DNA from: Pseudomonadota bacterium
GTDB lineage: Bacteria > Pseudomonadota > Gammaproteobacteria > Burkholderiales > Burkholderiaceae_C
Assembly (NCBI GenBank): GCA_029561195.1
Contig: JAKQJK010000240.1
Span: 2,240-66,239 of the forward strand
DNA length: 64,000 nucleotides
Direction of reading: 5' to 3'
The notes under the pieces are model-generated. The model did no database searches. It was not told where the DNA came from and saw nothing but the letters and a program-made list of their open reading frames with translations. The translations under genes and the position numbers were made by a program. Of this stretch, positions 54,359 through 64,000 are shown in pieces; position 1 is the stretch's first letter; every line of letters starts with the position of its first letter.

Positions 54359-55972
54359 TCAGTCGCCCAGAGGGTTGAGCAAATCAGCCCGCCCTTCGAA
54401 TGCAAAGAGCAGCAAGTCCGTCATGTTGAACCGATTACCAGGATTGTTGACCAGTGCCGTTGGCCTGAATGAAGCATCGCGAACAATGGAATGTGCGCTA
54501 CCTTCCATTGCCCGGTGAAAGGTCTCTGCCACGATACGGCCACCCACACCCGTCAGCTTGCCACCATTGAGTTCGGCTTCACGCAGAATGTAGTACCACA
54601 GAGGCGTTTGCGTACCGACGCTCTTGAGGGCAGCCGGCAAGCCCTGGGTCAGTTTGGCAGCTGTCACTGGTGCAACACCCATCATCGCCGCCATTTGCTG
54701 GCCGCTGGCCAACTCAACCATATTGGCTCGGATCAGATTGCGAAAAGCCAAGTTCAGCTCTTCGGGTGGTGTGCTGCTGGGCCCTCCGAAAGAACCCAGA
54801 GGCAGCGCCTTGAGCGGGTCAACCAGCTGTGTGTCAGTCATCATGGCGAGATTGGGCGCTCCTTCGGGTGGCGTCAGGTCTGCACGCCCCACTTCGGTGA
54901 AGTTGTACAGACGGCGGAAGTCAACGGTCCAGTTGGAGGGCAGTTGCTCAAAACTACCCGACTCCCGGTCGTTGGGTGTGCTGGGTGGCGGCGACAAGGT
55001 GCCGCTGGTGCCCGAAAACTGAAACAGCAAACCGAGGCTAGCCGGAGCGGCTCCGCCCGTACGGAATACGCGGTTCCAGTTGTACTGTTCGCGAATCATG
55101 CTGTGACCCAGACGATATGCAGCCACGGAAAACTCGATGGGCATGGTAGGCATGTTTTCCGGTGTTGCATCTTTTTCGAAAAACTTTCGTCCATTGGTGA
55201 AGACATCGTCGATGATTGCCTGATCAATCAGGCGTGGCAGAAAGTCTGTCCTGATCATCCACTGGTAGTGCTTGACTACGAGTTCGCGTGCCTTCTCAAA
55301 CAGGTCGGCGCTGGGAGTGGCAGGTGCGATCTTGTCCACCACGCGGTTGTGAAACCGGATCATGGCAAGATGCGTTTGTGCAACGATCAGGTTTTCGTCG
55401 TTGCGATGATCGGGAATGAGGGCGGCACGCCGCTCCACCTTGAGAGAACCCTGCCCCACACGCGGCAAGTCGTAGCCATCACGCGGCCCCAGCGTGACAC
55501 CCGCATTGAGCAGATCGGGTGACGGAGCAGTTGTGCCCATTTTGATGCGAATCCCGTCACTGTAAAACTTGCTGTCGTCTGCATCTGCAGGCCCCCGGCC
55601 GTACATGCAGTCCAAGTCCAGGGCGGGTGAGCGGCCCTGCAGCAGTTCTTCAATGGTGACGTTACTTCCCAACGCCTTGGCAGTGCGGTCCATTGTGAGG
55701 TCATGGTCTATGAACTGGCCCAGGTAAGTGAAACCAGCGGGGATAGCCGGTCCGGAAGAATCAGGCCCCGGTGAATCGGTCATGGCCTTGGCGAGGCCAC
55801 TGACGATGGTCTTGTCAACCGCCGTACCTTTGGGGCCCATGCGGGAGAACCGAAATTTCCGTATTTGCGGGACATCCCCAGGAGTGGGATCCGTGGTGGG
55901 CTGACCCTTCGAGTCGCAGTAAAGCAAACCCTCGCCTACGACGTAATAGTTGTAACGTACATGACGCTTCAT
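54359..55972 (-). CDS. animal-haem-peroxidase family protein (peroxidase-cyclooxygenase superfamily)
   Basis: 537 aa; distal site YLGQFIDHDLT, DHRNDENLIVAQTHLAMIRFHNR, proximal His AAYRLGHSMI. No signal peptide is visible. Confidence 0.8.
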   Translation of the reverse strand: MKRHVRYNYYVVGEGLLYCDSKGQPTTDPTPGDVPQIRKFRFSRMGPKGTAVDKTIVSGLAKAMTDSPGPDSSGPAIPAGFTYLGQFIDHDLTMDRTAKALGSNVTIEELLQGRSPALDLDCMYGRGPADADDSKFYSDGIRIKMGTTAPSPDLLNAGVTLGPRDGYDLPRVGQGSLKVERRAALIPDHRNDENLIVAQTHLAMIRFHNRVVDKIAPATPSADLFEKARELVVKHYQWMIRTDFLPRLIDQAIIDDVFTNGRKFFEKDATPENMPTMPIEFSVAAYRLGHSMIREQYNWNRVFRTGGAAPASLGLLFQFSGTSGTLSPPPSTPNDRESGSFEQLPSNWTVDFRRLYNFTEVGRADLTPPEGAPNLAMMTDTQLVDPLKALPLGSFGGPSSTPPEELNLAFRNLIRANMVELASGQQMAAMMGVAPVTAAKLTQGLPAALKSVGTQTPLWYYILREAELNGGKLTGVGGRIVAETFHRAMEGSAHSIVRDASFRPTALVNNPGNRFNMTDLLLFAFEGRADLLNPLGD

Positions 55973-56159
55973 GATGCACCTCCAGAAGAAAATGAAAGAG
56001 GCTTAAAGGTATGCATCAGCTAACCTTCTGTCGTCATCCAATTGAATGAGGATGACATCCATTTATGCCTAGAAAATCACACATTTCATTGGCAAGATTT
56101 CTTGCAGCTATGATGACTGTCAGTCATGTCGACTCTCAAATAACACAGGGATTTTTTCC

Positions 56160-57059
56160 ATGAAACACATTGGATTCATTGGCGCATCAGGCTTGATGGG
56201 CCATGGAATGAGCAAGAACCTTCTCGCCAAGGGATTTGACGTGTCGCTAACTGTGCATCGCAACAAGGATGGCGTGGCAGACTTGCTGGCGGCCGGTGGC
56301 AGACAAGTAGCCAGGCCCGCTGATCTGGGGGCGTGTGATGTCGTAATCCTGTGCGTCACGGGCACACCACAGGTAGAAGCCGCGATGCTGGGTGCCGATG
56401 GCGTATTGTCTCAGGCCAGGTCCGGGCTGATCGTAATCGACACCTCTACCAGCGAGCCAGAGTCAACCCAGCGCTTGGCTGATCTGTGTGCCAGCCAAGG
56501 GGTTACCCTGGTTGACGCGCCACTAGCCCGATCTGCCATGGAAGCAGAGGCTGGAAAGCTCAACACCATGGTGGGCGCCACGCCCGAGGTGTTTGCACAA
56601 ATCAAACCCGTATTGCAGGCCTACTGCGAAAACATTTTCCATGTGGGTGGGCCAGGCGCCGGTCACATCATCAAACTGCTGAACAATTTTGTGGCACAAG
56701 CCATTTGTACAGCGACAGCTGAGGCTTTTGCCGTTGGTGCGAAAGCAGGTGTGGATGTTCAACAACTGGTGAACGTGATTTCGGCCGGTGGCGTTAACTC
56801 AGGCCTGTTCCAGGCGATGGCTAAAACCTTGAACGGCGACTTCACCGGGCTGAAGTTTGGCCTGGACAACGCGCGCAAGGACCTGCGCTATTACAGCCAC
56901 CTGGCCGAAATGGTCAACGTGCCCTCTCTCGTCGGGCAATCCGTGCATCAAAGCCTGGCAACTGCGTCCGCGCTGGGCCACGGCAACTCGTTTGTACCCG
57001 CACTGGTGACAGCGCAGGAGCAACTGACAGGTGCAAAAATTACGCCCGCGTCTCGGTAA
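56160..57059 (+). CDS. NAD(P)-dependent oxidoreductase, 3-hydroxyisobutyrate/6-phosphogluconate dehydrogenase-like
   Basis: 299 aa; Rossmann motif IGFIGASGLMGHGMSKNL and the central DAPLARS...G..GKL region typical of the HIBADH family. Confidence 0.8.
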   Translation: MKHIGFIGASGLMGHGMSKNLLAKGFDVSLTVHRNKDGVADLLAAGGRQVARPADLGACDVVILCVTGTPQVEAAMLGADGVLSQARSGLIVIDTSTSEPESTQRLADLCASQGVTLVDAPLARSAMEAEAGKLNTMVGATPEVFAQIKPVLQAYCENIFHVGGPGAGHIIKLLNNFVAQAICTATAEAFAVGAKAGVDVQQLVNVISAGGVNSGLFQAMAKTLNGDFTGLKFGLDNARKDLRYYSHLAEMVNVPSLVGQSVHQSLATASALGHGNSFVPALVTAQEQLTGAKITPASR

Positions 57060-57079
57060 ACATCAGAAGGAAGTTGGCG

Positions 57080-57595
57080 TCACTCCAGCCACTTTTGCAG
57101 AAACTGGGCATTACCCATCGCCTGTCCGAGCTGGTAATTGTCAAAGCCGATACGCTTGTATAGTTTGATAGCGCCAGCATTGCCTTCGAGCACTTCCAGT
57201 GTGAGCTTGCAGGCGCCTCGCTCCAAAGCAATTTCCTGCGCAAGCGCAAGCATTTTTTCCGCCACACGCTGACCACGATGACCAGGCAGTACAGCTACAT
57301 CGTGCACGTTCACCAAGGGGCGACAAGCGAATGTGGAAAAACCTTCAATGCAGTTCACCAACCCAATGGGCTGCTGACCATCGGGGCCGCCAAATGCCAG
57401 TACGGTAAAAGCCTGTGGTCGCGCCGCCAGCGATGGCACCAGATGCGCTTTGGCGTAGTCACTCAGCCCTTCTCCGCCACCCATGGGATCCTGGGCATAG
57501 GCGTCCAGCATCTTCACAACAGAAGCAGCATGAATCGGATTGGCATAGTCAGCCCGGCATACGCGCACCATATCGGCAGTCAAAGAGGTTGTCAT
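57080..57595 (-). CDS. GNAT family N-acetyltransferase
   Basis: 171 aa; acetyl-CoA-binding motif VLPGHRGQRVAEKML. Confidence 0.8.
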   Translation of the reverse strand: MTTSLTADMVRVCRADYANPIHAASVVKMLDAYAQDPMGGGEGLSDYAKAHLVPSLAARPQAFTVLAFGGPDGQQPIGLVNCIEGFSTFACRPLVNVHDVAVLPGHRGQRVAEKMLALAQEIALERGACKLTLEVLEGNAGAIKLYKRIGFDNYQLGQAMGNAQFLQKWLE

Positions 57596-57612
57596 GGAAA
57601 AGGTCCTCCTGT

Positions 57613-58944
57613 TTAAACAGAGAGGGTGTCAGCAATCCGCTGGGCGTAGGTCTGCGCCTGCACAGCATCACGAGCCTCCACCATCACGCGTACCAGGGGC
57701 TCAGTGCCGCTGGCGCGAATGAGTACACGCCCTGACTGACCCAATTCATCTTCTACTGACTTGGTCTCGCTGGCTAGCCGCACATTTGATTTCCAATCCT
57801 GACCGGGTTTCAGGCGAACATTGATGAGGGTTTGCGGAAATAGCGTCACATCGGTCAGCAGCTCAGACATGCTGCGACCACTGCGCACACAGGCTTGCAG
57901 CACCAGCAGTGCAGAAATCAGGCCATCTCCAGTGGTGTGTTTGTCCAGCGCCAGCAAGTGGCCAGAACCTTCACCACCGAGAATCCATTTATGTTTTTCC
58001 AGTTCTTCCAGTACGTAGCGGTCGCCAACTTTGGCGCGCACAAACTGGACACCCCGACCCTTCAATGCCACTTCAACCGCCATGTTCGTCATCAGGGTGC
58101 CCACAACGCCAGGCACATGCTCGTCACGACCCAGCCTGTCGTCGGCCATGAGATAAAGCAGCTCGTCGCCGTTATACAGACGGCCCTTAGCATCCACAAG
58201 TTGCAAGCGATCGGCATCACCATCCAGAGCAATGCCGTAGTCAGCCTTATGAAACTTGACGGTCTCAATCAAGGCCTGGGGGTGGGTGGCGCCGACTTCA
58301 CGGTTGATGTTCAAACCGTCGGGCGAACAGCCGATGGAAATGACTTCCGCCCCCAACTCGTGAAAGACTTTTGGGGCAATGTGATACGCCGCGCCATGGG
58401 CTGCATCCACGGCGATCTTCATACCGCGCAGTGTCAGGTCGTTTGGAAAGGTGCTCTTGCAGAATTCAATGTACCGGCCTGCGGCATCGTCTAGCCGACG
58501 GGCTTTCCCGAGGTTAGCCGAGTCGGCCCAAACCGGCGATTCTTCCAGCGCCGCCTCAACAGCCAATTCCCATGCGTCTGGCAACTTGGTGCCCTGCGCA
58601 CTGAAAAACTTGATTCCATTGTCGGGAAACGCGTTGTGGCTGGCACTGATAACCACACCCAGCGAAGCCCGTTGCGCACGCGTGAGATAAGCCACACCGG
58701 GGGTAGGCAATGGCCCCAGCAACACCACATCCACGCCAGCAGAATTAAAACCGCTCTCTAGCGCGCTCTCCAGCATGTAACCGGAAATACGGGTGTCCTT
58801 GCCAATCAACACCGTGGGGCGAGATTCGGTTTTCTTGAGTACCCGGCCAACCGCATGGGCCAGTTGCAACACGAAGTCTGGAGTGATTGGGGATTGCCCC
58901 ACCGTGCCACGTATGCCATCGGTTCCGAAATATTTTCTGCTCAT
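57613..58944 (-). CDS. glmM: phosphoglucosamine mutase
   Basis: [13 protein letters not shown] and the active-site loop [15 protein letters not shown]. The ATG at 58944 is preferred over the ORF-track start at 58983. Confidence 0.95.
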   Translation of the reverse strand: MSRKYFGTDGIRGTVGQSPITPDFVLQLAHAVGRVLKKTESRPTVLIGKDTRISGYMLESALESGFNSAGVDVVLLGPLPTPGVAYLTRAQRASLGVVISASHNAFPDNGIKFFSAQGTKLPDAWELAVEAALEESPVWADSANLGKARRLDDAAGRYIEFCKSTFPNDLTLRGMKIAVDAAHGAAYHIAPKVFHELGAEVISIGCSPDGLNINREVGATHPQALIETVKFHKADYGIALDGDADRLQLVDAKGRLYNGDELLYLMADDRLGRDEHVPGVVGTLMTNMAVEVALKGRGVQFVRAKVGDRYVLEELEKHKWILGGEGSGHLLALDKHTTGDGLISALLVLQACVRSGRSMSELLTDVTLFPQTLINVRLKPGQDWKSNVRLASETKSVEDELGQSGRVLIRASGTEPLVRVMVEARDAVQAQTYAQRIADTLSV

Positions 58945-58988
58945 GTTGGCACCCTGTACCTGCTTTGTTATGGTGAAGTGCAACGATT

Positions 58989-59861
58989 CTAGTTGGCCTG
59001 GCCTAGGGCGGCGAAGACCTTCAGGGCCTGAACAGTCTCGCGTACATCATGCACCCGGACAATGGATGCGCCCCGCTCCACCGCCAGCAAGGCAGCGGCC
59101 ACACTGGGCACCATCCTTTCGTTATGGACTGAGTCTTTCGTTGAAACAGATGGCAGACCCGCAATTGCAGCCAGGGAGGACTTTCTGGACCAACCAGCCA
59201 ACAACGGGTAGCCTCCCGCCAGCAACTCTTTTTGCCGTGCCAGTAATGAAAAATTCTGTTTGGCCGTCTTGCCAAAACCAATACCTGGATCGATAACAAT
59301 CCGGTTCGAATCAACCCCTAGCCTCAGCAAATTATGCGTAACATGCTCTAAAAATGAGAGCACAGGCAAAACCACATCCCCTTCCATCGGATGGATCTGC
59401 ATGGTCGCAGGTTCACCATGCATGTGCATCACACAGATACCGCAACGGGGGTGTGCAGCAACCACCTGCGCGCCATCCAACGAGCCTGGAGCGCCAGGCT
59501 GCCTCAGTGCCCAGATGTCGTTGATGATGTCGGCCCCAAGGTCCAGTGCGGCCTGCATGACTTGCGGTTTGTAGGAGTCCACCGAGATGGGAACGCCGAG
59601 CTTGACGGCTTCCGTGAGCAACGGAAGAACCCGCGCCAGCTCGTCGCCCAGCGGCAGCGGCTGTGCGCCCGGGCGTGTGGACTCGCCACCAATATCTAGA
59701 ATGTCCGCGCCATCCATGAGCAGCTTCTCGCAATGGCGAATGGCAGCCTGCGTGGACGCATGGAGTCCGCCATCCGAAAAGGAATCTGGCGTTACGTTGA
59801 CGATACCCATGACTTTTGGGCTTGCCAGTTCAATCAGGAAACGGGTGGTCTGCCAATTCAT
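58989..59861 (-). CDS. folP: dihydropteroate synthase
   Basis: [16 protein letters not shown] and [10 protein letters not shown]. The ATG at 59861 gives an N-terminus of E. coli-like length; the ORF track extends to 59903. Confidence 0.92.
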   Translation of the reverse strand: MNWQTTRFLIELASPKVMGIVNVTPDSFSDGGLHASTQAAIRHCEKLLMDGADILDIGGESTRPGAQPLPLGDELARVLPLLTEAVKLGVPISVDSYKPQVMQAALDLGADIINDIWALRQPGAPGSLDGAQVVAAHPRCGICVMHMHGEPATMQIHPMEGDVVLPVLSFLEHVTHNLLRLGVDSNRIVIDPGIGFGKTAKQNFSLLARQKELLAGGYPLLAGWSRKSSLAAIAGLPSVSTKDSVHNERMVPSVAAALLAVERGASIVRVHDVRETVQALKVFAALGQAN

Positions 59862-59931
59862 GTCAAAGCTCGGTTGGTCGGCATCATGCAAAACGGGGCC
59901 CAAGGCCCCGTTTCACACATCGTTATAAAAA

Positions 59932-61848
59932 TCAGGCTGCAGTGGCTGCAGGCTCAGATGCGACAGCTGGCGCACCACCGCTTCCGCCGCCGCCGGATGA
60001 AGGCGTTCGGGGCGTCCAGTCCTTTGGAGGACGGGGATCCTTACCTGCCATGATGTCATCCAGCTGGTCGCTGTCGATAGTTTCCCACTCCAGCAAGGCC
60101 TTGGCCATTGCGTGCATCTTGTCGCTATTGTCTTCAATCATCTTGCGAGCCAACGCATATTGCTGATCGATGATGCGGCGCACCTCCAGATCAACCTTCT
60201 GCATGGTCTGCTCACTCATGTTGGTGGTCTTTGTAACCGAACGACCGAGAAATACTTCGCCTTCGTTTTCAGCATAGACCATGGGACCCAGCGCATCGGT
60301 CATGCCATAGCGGGTCACCATGTCGCGAGCCAGATGGGTTGCACGTTCAAAATCGTTGCTGGCGCCAGTGGTCATTTGCTTCATGAACACTTCTTCGGCA
60401 ATACGACCACCAAACAGCATGCTGATCTGGCTGAGCATGTATTCGCTGTCGTAACTGTATCGATCTTGCGCCGGCAGGCTCATCGTCACGCCCAAGGCAC
60501 GGCCGCGCGGAATGATGGTGACTTTATGGACCGGGTCGCACTTGGGCAGCAGCTTGCCGATCAGCGCGTGGCCGGACTCATGGTACGCGGTATTGCGACG
60601 CTCTTCTTCCGGCATGACCATGCTCTTACGCTCTGGCCCCATCAAAATCTTGTCCTTGGCCTTTTCAAAATCCTGCATTTCAACCGTGCGCGCATTGCGC
60701 CGGGCGGCCATCAGGGCGGCTTCATTACACAGGTTGGCCAGGTCGGCACCGGACATGCCTGGTGTTCCCCGCGCAATGATACTGGCACTGACATCCTGAC
60801 CCAATGGCACTTTGCGCATGTGCACATTCAGGATTTGCTCCCGGCCACGGATATCCGGCAAGGTCACGTAAACCTGCCGGTCAAACCGGCCGGGACGCAG
60901 CAAGGCTGCATCCAGAATGTCAGGGCGGTTGGTGGCTGCAACGACGATCACACCCACATTGGTTTCAAAACCATCCATCTCGACCAGCATCTGGTTGAGG
61001 GTCTGCTCTCGCTCATCGTTCCCGCCACCCAGGCCAGCACCACGCTGACGGCCCACGGCGTCGATTTCATCAATGAAAATAATACAAGGTGCGTTCTTTT
61101 TGGCGTTATCGAACATGTCGCGCACACGGGCCGCGCCCACGCCAACGAACATCTCGACAAAGTCCGAACCACTGATGCTGAAAAACGGAACTTTGGCTTC
61201 GCCTGCAATGCCTTTGGCCAGCAGTGTTTTGCCAGTTCCAGGCGGGCCTACCAACAGCAGGCCACGCGGAATGCGGCCACCCAGTTTTTGAAACTTTTGC
61301 GGATCCTTCAGGAAATCAACGACTTCCTTGACTTCTTCCTTGGCCTCGTCACAACCAGCCACATCGGCAAAGGTCACGGTATTGGTGCTTTCGTCCAGCA
61401 TGCGCGCCTTACTCTTGCCGAAGCTGAAGGCACCGCCCTTTCCGCCACCCTGCATCTGGCGCATGAAATACACCCAAACACCAATCAGCAGCAGCATGGG
61501 ACCCCAGCTGACCAGCAGAGTCATCAGCAAGGAGCCCTCTTCACGGGCTTTCACATCAAACTTCACCCCGTTTGCAATCAGGTCGCCCACCAGACCACGG
61601 TCGAGGTAGGTTGCCGTAGTCCTGACTTTGCGGTCGTCGGTCGTCACAGCGAGGATTTCAGTTCCGCCCTGGCCTTCCTGAATGACGGCGCTCTTGATCC
61701 GGTTGCTGCGGACTTCCTCAAGGAAATCGGAGTAACCCAGATACCCGGCTGTAGCAGTGCTGCGCGAGTCGAACTGTTTGAAAACCGTGAACAGCACGAG
61801 CGCGATCACGAGCCAGACGGCAATTTTAGAAAACCACTGATTATTCAA
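59932..61848 (-). CDS. ftsH: ATP-dependent zinc metalloprotease FtsH
   Basis: Walker [12 protein letters not shown] region, zinc motif HESGHA. Probable TTG start at 61848 ([12 protein letters not shown]...) preceded by GGAG; the ORF track starts at 61860. Confidence 0.96.
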   Translation of the reverse strand: MNNQWFSKIAVWLVIALVLFTVFKQFDSRSTATAGYLGYSDFLEEVRSNRIKSAVIQEGQGGTEILAVTTDDRKVRTTATYLDRGLVGDLIANGVKFDVKAREEGSLLMTLLVSWGPMLLLIGVWVYFMRQMQGGGKGGAFSFGKSKARMLDESTNTVTFADVAGCDEAKEEVKEVVDFLKDPQKFQKLGGRIPRGLLLVGPPGTGKTLLAKGIAGEAKVPFFSISGSDFVEMFVGVGAARVRDMFDNAKKNAPCIIFIDEIDAVGRQRGAGLGGGNDEREQTLNQMLVEMDGFETNVGVIVVAATNRPDILDAALLRPGRFDRQVYVTLPDIRGREQILNVHMRKVPLGQDVSASIIARGTPGMSGADLANLCNEAALMAARRNARTVEMQDFEKAKDKILMGPERKSMVMPEEERRNTAYHESGHALIGKLLPKCDPVHKVTIIPRGRALGVTMSLPAQDRYSYDSEYMLSQISMLFGGRIAEEVFMKQMTTGASNDFERATHLARDMVTRYGMTDALGPMVYAENEGEVFLGRSVTKTTNMSEQTMQKVDLEVRRIIDQQYALARKMIEDNSDKMHAMAKALLEWETIDSDQLDDIMAGKDPRPPKDWTPRTPSSGGGGSGGAPAVASEPAATAA

Positions 61849-61987
61849 GCGAGGCTCCAATGTGGACGCAATTTACGAACTCTGAACGAACTCTGCGTAC
61901 TTGAGACCCATTTTAGGCGTTTCAAGTCACCCGGAACGCCATTTTCGCGGTTTCAGCCACAGGGGGAACAGGGGATTTGGCCGCTTT

Positions 61988-62662
61988 TCAGCGATCTTTC
62001 AATCCCATACCCACCAGAAATGTCTCCGAGGACTTGTCGCGCGAAGCTTTGGGCTTGATGGGTTTGACCACCTGAAACGTCGCCTTGAACAGCTTGACCA
62101 ACTCGTTGTAGCCACTGCCATGGAACACTTTGGCCACCAGCGCCCCCCGCGGTTTCATGTGATTCTGGCTGAATTCGATGGCCAGTTCGATCAGATGGGC
62201 AATACGCGCGGTATCGGCCGAGTCAATTCCAGACAAATTCGGCGCCATGTCCGACACCACCACGTCCGCCTGCCGGCCCGCCATCTCCAGAGTCAGGCGC
62301 TCCAGGACTTCCGGTTCCCGGAAGTCTCCCTGCAGAAAAATTACGCCTTCCACTGGCTCCATAGGCAAAATATCTAGCGCGATGATGGTGCCGTTGAGCT
62401 CACCTGCCGCCGCACCGCCGCCCGTTGCGGTTTTGGGTGACAGCTTTCGGCGGACATACTGGCTCCAGGCTCCAGGGGTCGAGCCCAGGTCCACCACCAG
62501 ATCACCCGGCTTGATCAATCCCAGCGCTTCATCAATTTCCTTGAGCTTGAACGCCGCGCGCGCCCGGTAGCCCTCGCGCTTGGCAAGTTTCACGTAGGGA
62601 TCATTGACATGGTCATTGATCCAGGCCCGGTTGACCTTGCTGCTTTTGGTTTTAACGCTCAT
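61988..62662 (-). CDS. rlmE: 23S rRNA (uridine-2'-O)-methyltransferase RlmE/FtsJ
   Basis: [29 protein letters not shown], the SAM motif [13 protein letters not shown], and the catalytic K...D...K...E spacing. ATG at 62662. Confidence 0.93.
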   Translation of the reverse strand: MSVKTKSSKVNRAWINDHVNDPYVKLAKREGYRARAAFKLKEIDEALGLIKPGDLVVDLGSTPGAWSQYVRRKLSPKTATGGGAAAGELNGTIIALDILPMEPVEGVIFLQGDFREPEVLERLTLEMAGRQADVVVSDMAPNLSGIDSADTARIAHLIELAIEFSQNHMKPRGALVAKVFHGSGYNELVKLFKATFQVVKPIKPKASRDKSSETFLVGMGLKDR

Positions 62663-62691
62663 ATTTGATACTCGTAACCGATAATACCGGC

Positions 62692-63165
62692 ATGCCTTCA
62701 ATTCAATTAACCCCAGCCCAACGCAAAGACCACCGTGCCGACGCCCACCACCTTGACCCCGTCGTGATGGTCGGCGGTGACGGACTCACCGACGCTGTCA
62801 AGAAAGAGATCCACCTCGCACTCAATGCCCATGGTTTGATCAAGGTTCGCGTCTTCTCGGACGACCGCCCGGCGCGCGAAGCCATGTTCCAGACCCTGGC
62901 AGATGAGCTCAACGCGGCACCCATCCAGCATATTGGCAAACTGCTGGTGCTCTGGCGCCCCATGCCAGCCAAGGTGAAGGCAGAAGACGAAGACCGCATG
63001 CCCGGCCCGCGTGATTTCAAGGTGCTGAAGTACAGCAAACGCGGCGGTCAGCGCCCGGAAGTCAAAACCCTGCGTGTACTCGGCAACCAGCGCCTCACGG
63101 CGGGTGGGCAGGTCAAGCGTTCAAAACCCAAGCAGACCAGTGTCAAGAAACGCAGCCAGACGTGA
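62692..63165 (+). CDS. yhbY: YhbY/CRS1-family RNA-binding protein with basic C-terminal extension
   Basis: [28 protein letters not shown]...GLIKVRV. ATG at 62692. Divergent from rlmE, as in E. coli. Confidence 0.88.
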   Translation: MPSIQLTPAQRKDHRADAHHLDPVVMVGGDGLTDAVKKEIHLALNAHGLIKVRVFSDDRPAREAMFQTLADELNAAPIQHIGKLLVLWRPMPAKVKAEDEDRMPGPRDFKVLKYSKRGGQRPEVKTLRVLGNQRLTAGGQVKRSKPKQTSVKKRSQT

Positions 63166-63187
63166 CATCAATCAAGCCTGACTGCCT

Positions 63188-63625
63188 TTAATCCGGAGTG
63201 TCTCCGGTTGGCTTGGCCACTCTCCACAAAATCATACTCGCGCACAACCATTGCAGCAGGTACATCGCGGTGCCGACGGTATGCCAAACCCTCAGGTTCT
63301 CCCGGGCCACAATCCGGGGCGCCACGGCAAATTCCAGCAACATCACCATCAGCAATCCGAATACTATAAAAATAATAGCTGCTGCCGAACTATTGACGAG
63401 GGCTGGACGCTGTTTTTCCCTGCAACTTAGCAGCAAAACCAGACCACAGGCACCACCCACCCAGGTTTGAGCTGAAAACAATCTGGCAGCCATGTTGCCC
63501 GCCAGGGCCGGGGTCGGAAGATTCGCAAACAGCATGGGAACGACCCAAAAACCGATGGTGGTCAGGGATCCCCACCACAAACAGGCTGCGAATACCGGCA
63601 GGCGTTGGCCCATTTCGCCCTTCAT
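63188..63625 (-). CDS. DUF4149-like 4-TM membrane protein
   Basis: 145 aa, four hydrophobic helices. Family recognised only by overall pattern. Contains repeat copy F. Confidence 0.6.
   Translation of the reverse strand: MKGEMGQRLPVFAACLWWGSLTTIGFWVVPMLFANLPTPALAGNMAARLFSAQTWVGGACGLVLLLSCREKQRPALVNSSAAAIIFIVFGLLMVMLLEFAVAPRIVARENLRVWHTVGTAMYLLQWLCASMILWRVAKPTGDTPD
63362..63406 (-). repeat. 45-bp dispersed repeat, copy F, embedded in-frame in the DUF4149-like gene
   Basis: The reverse complement ccagccctcgtcaatagttcggcagcagctattatttttatagta is 33/45 identical to reverse-complemented copy E. Translated as PALVNSSAAAIIFIV. Confidence 0.7.
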
Positions 63626-63632
63626 TGCGCCC

Positions 63633-64000
63633 TTACACGTAGTGAACAGCGATGACTTCGAAATGCTTTACGCCGCCTGGCGCCTGCACTTCAGCCGTAT
63701 CGCCAACTTCCTTGCCGATCAGTGCACGCGCAATCGGGGAGCCAATGTTGATCAGGCCCAGCTTCAAATCCGCCTCGTCTTCTCCCACGATCTGGTACTT
63801 GACCACATCGCCAGTGGACTCGTCTTCCAGTTCCACCGTGGTCCCAAAAACGACTTTTCCGCCAGCGTCCACACTGGCTGGATCAATGATCTGCGCTGCA
63901 GACAGCTTGCCCTCAACCTCCTGTATGCGACCCTCGATGAAACCCTGACGGTCTTTGGCAGCTTCGTATTCCGCGTTCTCACTCAAATCGCCCTGTGCAC
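63633..64000 (-). CDS. greA: transcription elongation factor GreA (5' end beyond window)
   Basis: C-terminal domain ...[52 protein letters not shown]. The frame is open to the window edge. Confidence 0.9.
   Translation of the reverse strand, partial: AQGDLSENAEYEAAKDRQGFIEGRIQEVEGKLSAAQIIDPASVDAGGKVVFGTTVELEDESTGDVVKYQIVGEDEADLKLGLINIGSPIARALIGKEVGDTAEVQAPGGVKHFEVIAVHYV

Noticed and set aside
60112-62058. 648-aa ORF on the plus strand that covers almost all of ftsH in antisense.
   Set aside because: It mirrors the codon phase of a highly conserved, strongly biased high-GC gene, the classic shadow ORF. Its His/Gln/Gly-rich translation has no recognisable motifs, whereas the minus-strand product is an unmistakable FtsH.
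1-64000. Scan for CRISPR arrays, tRNA/rRNA genes, IS elements, integrases, prophage genes and toxin-antitoxin pairs.
   Set aside because: I saw no regularly spaced direct repeats, no cloverleaf-like or rRNA-like sequence in intergenic regions, and no transposase, integrase or phage-like ORF. The only RNA gene I can support is ffs.

Overview
High-GC chromosomal segment with betaproteobacterial gene order (rnhA-gloB-mltD, recR-ybaB-dnaX, trxA-rho-rpmE, greA-yhbY-rlmE-ftsH-folP-glmM). It looks Burkholderiales/Comamonadaceae-like, but the taxon is inference only. I call about 56 protein genes, one SRP RNA, several terminators and operators, and a 45-bp dispersed repeat family. I saw no rRNA, tRNA, CRISPR array, transposase or integrase. 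Layout: 1-4.6 kb RND efflux pair; 4.7-23.7 kb housekeeping genes (rnhA, gloB, mltD, recR, ybaB, dnaX, ffs, addAB-type helicase-nuclease, trxA, rho, L31). 25.5-43.4 kb is an unusually complete phosphate-starvation supercluster: phoR-phoB-phoU-pstBACS, phoX, ppk2, ppx, a Lys-rich RHH protein, sixA-ppk1, and a predicted lipid-remodelling operon (glycosyltransferase, PlcP-like phosphoesterase, OlsB-like acyltransferase). At least five Pho-box-like sites are visible in it. 43.4-45.7 kb encodes a PAS-GGDEF-EAL protein. 45.8-49.9 kb is an ars operon with an unassigned 448-aa gene. 50.1-56.0 kb is an accessory-looking patch: a giant membrane-embedded patatin-like protein, an orphan Tae4-like amidase and an animal-haem-peroxidase-family protein. 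56.2-64 kb is housekeeping again. Most noteworthy: (1) a circularly permuted ATP-grasp-like protein whose six cysteines all sit in pairs, encoded between arsR and arsC; (2) a 45-bp AT-rich repeat with six copies, two of them translated in the same frame inside unrelated membrane-protein genes; (3) an A9 slippery run in dnaX with stops just downstream in both alternative frames; (4) the patatin/Tae4/peroxidase patch. All functional calls rest on motifs I recognise by eye. No database search was possible.
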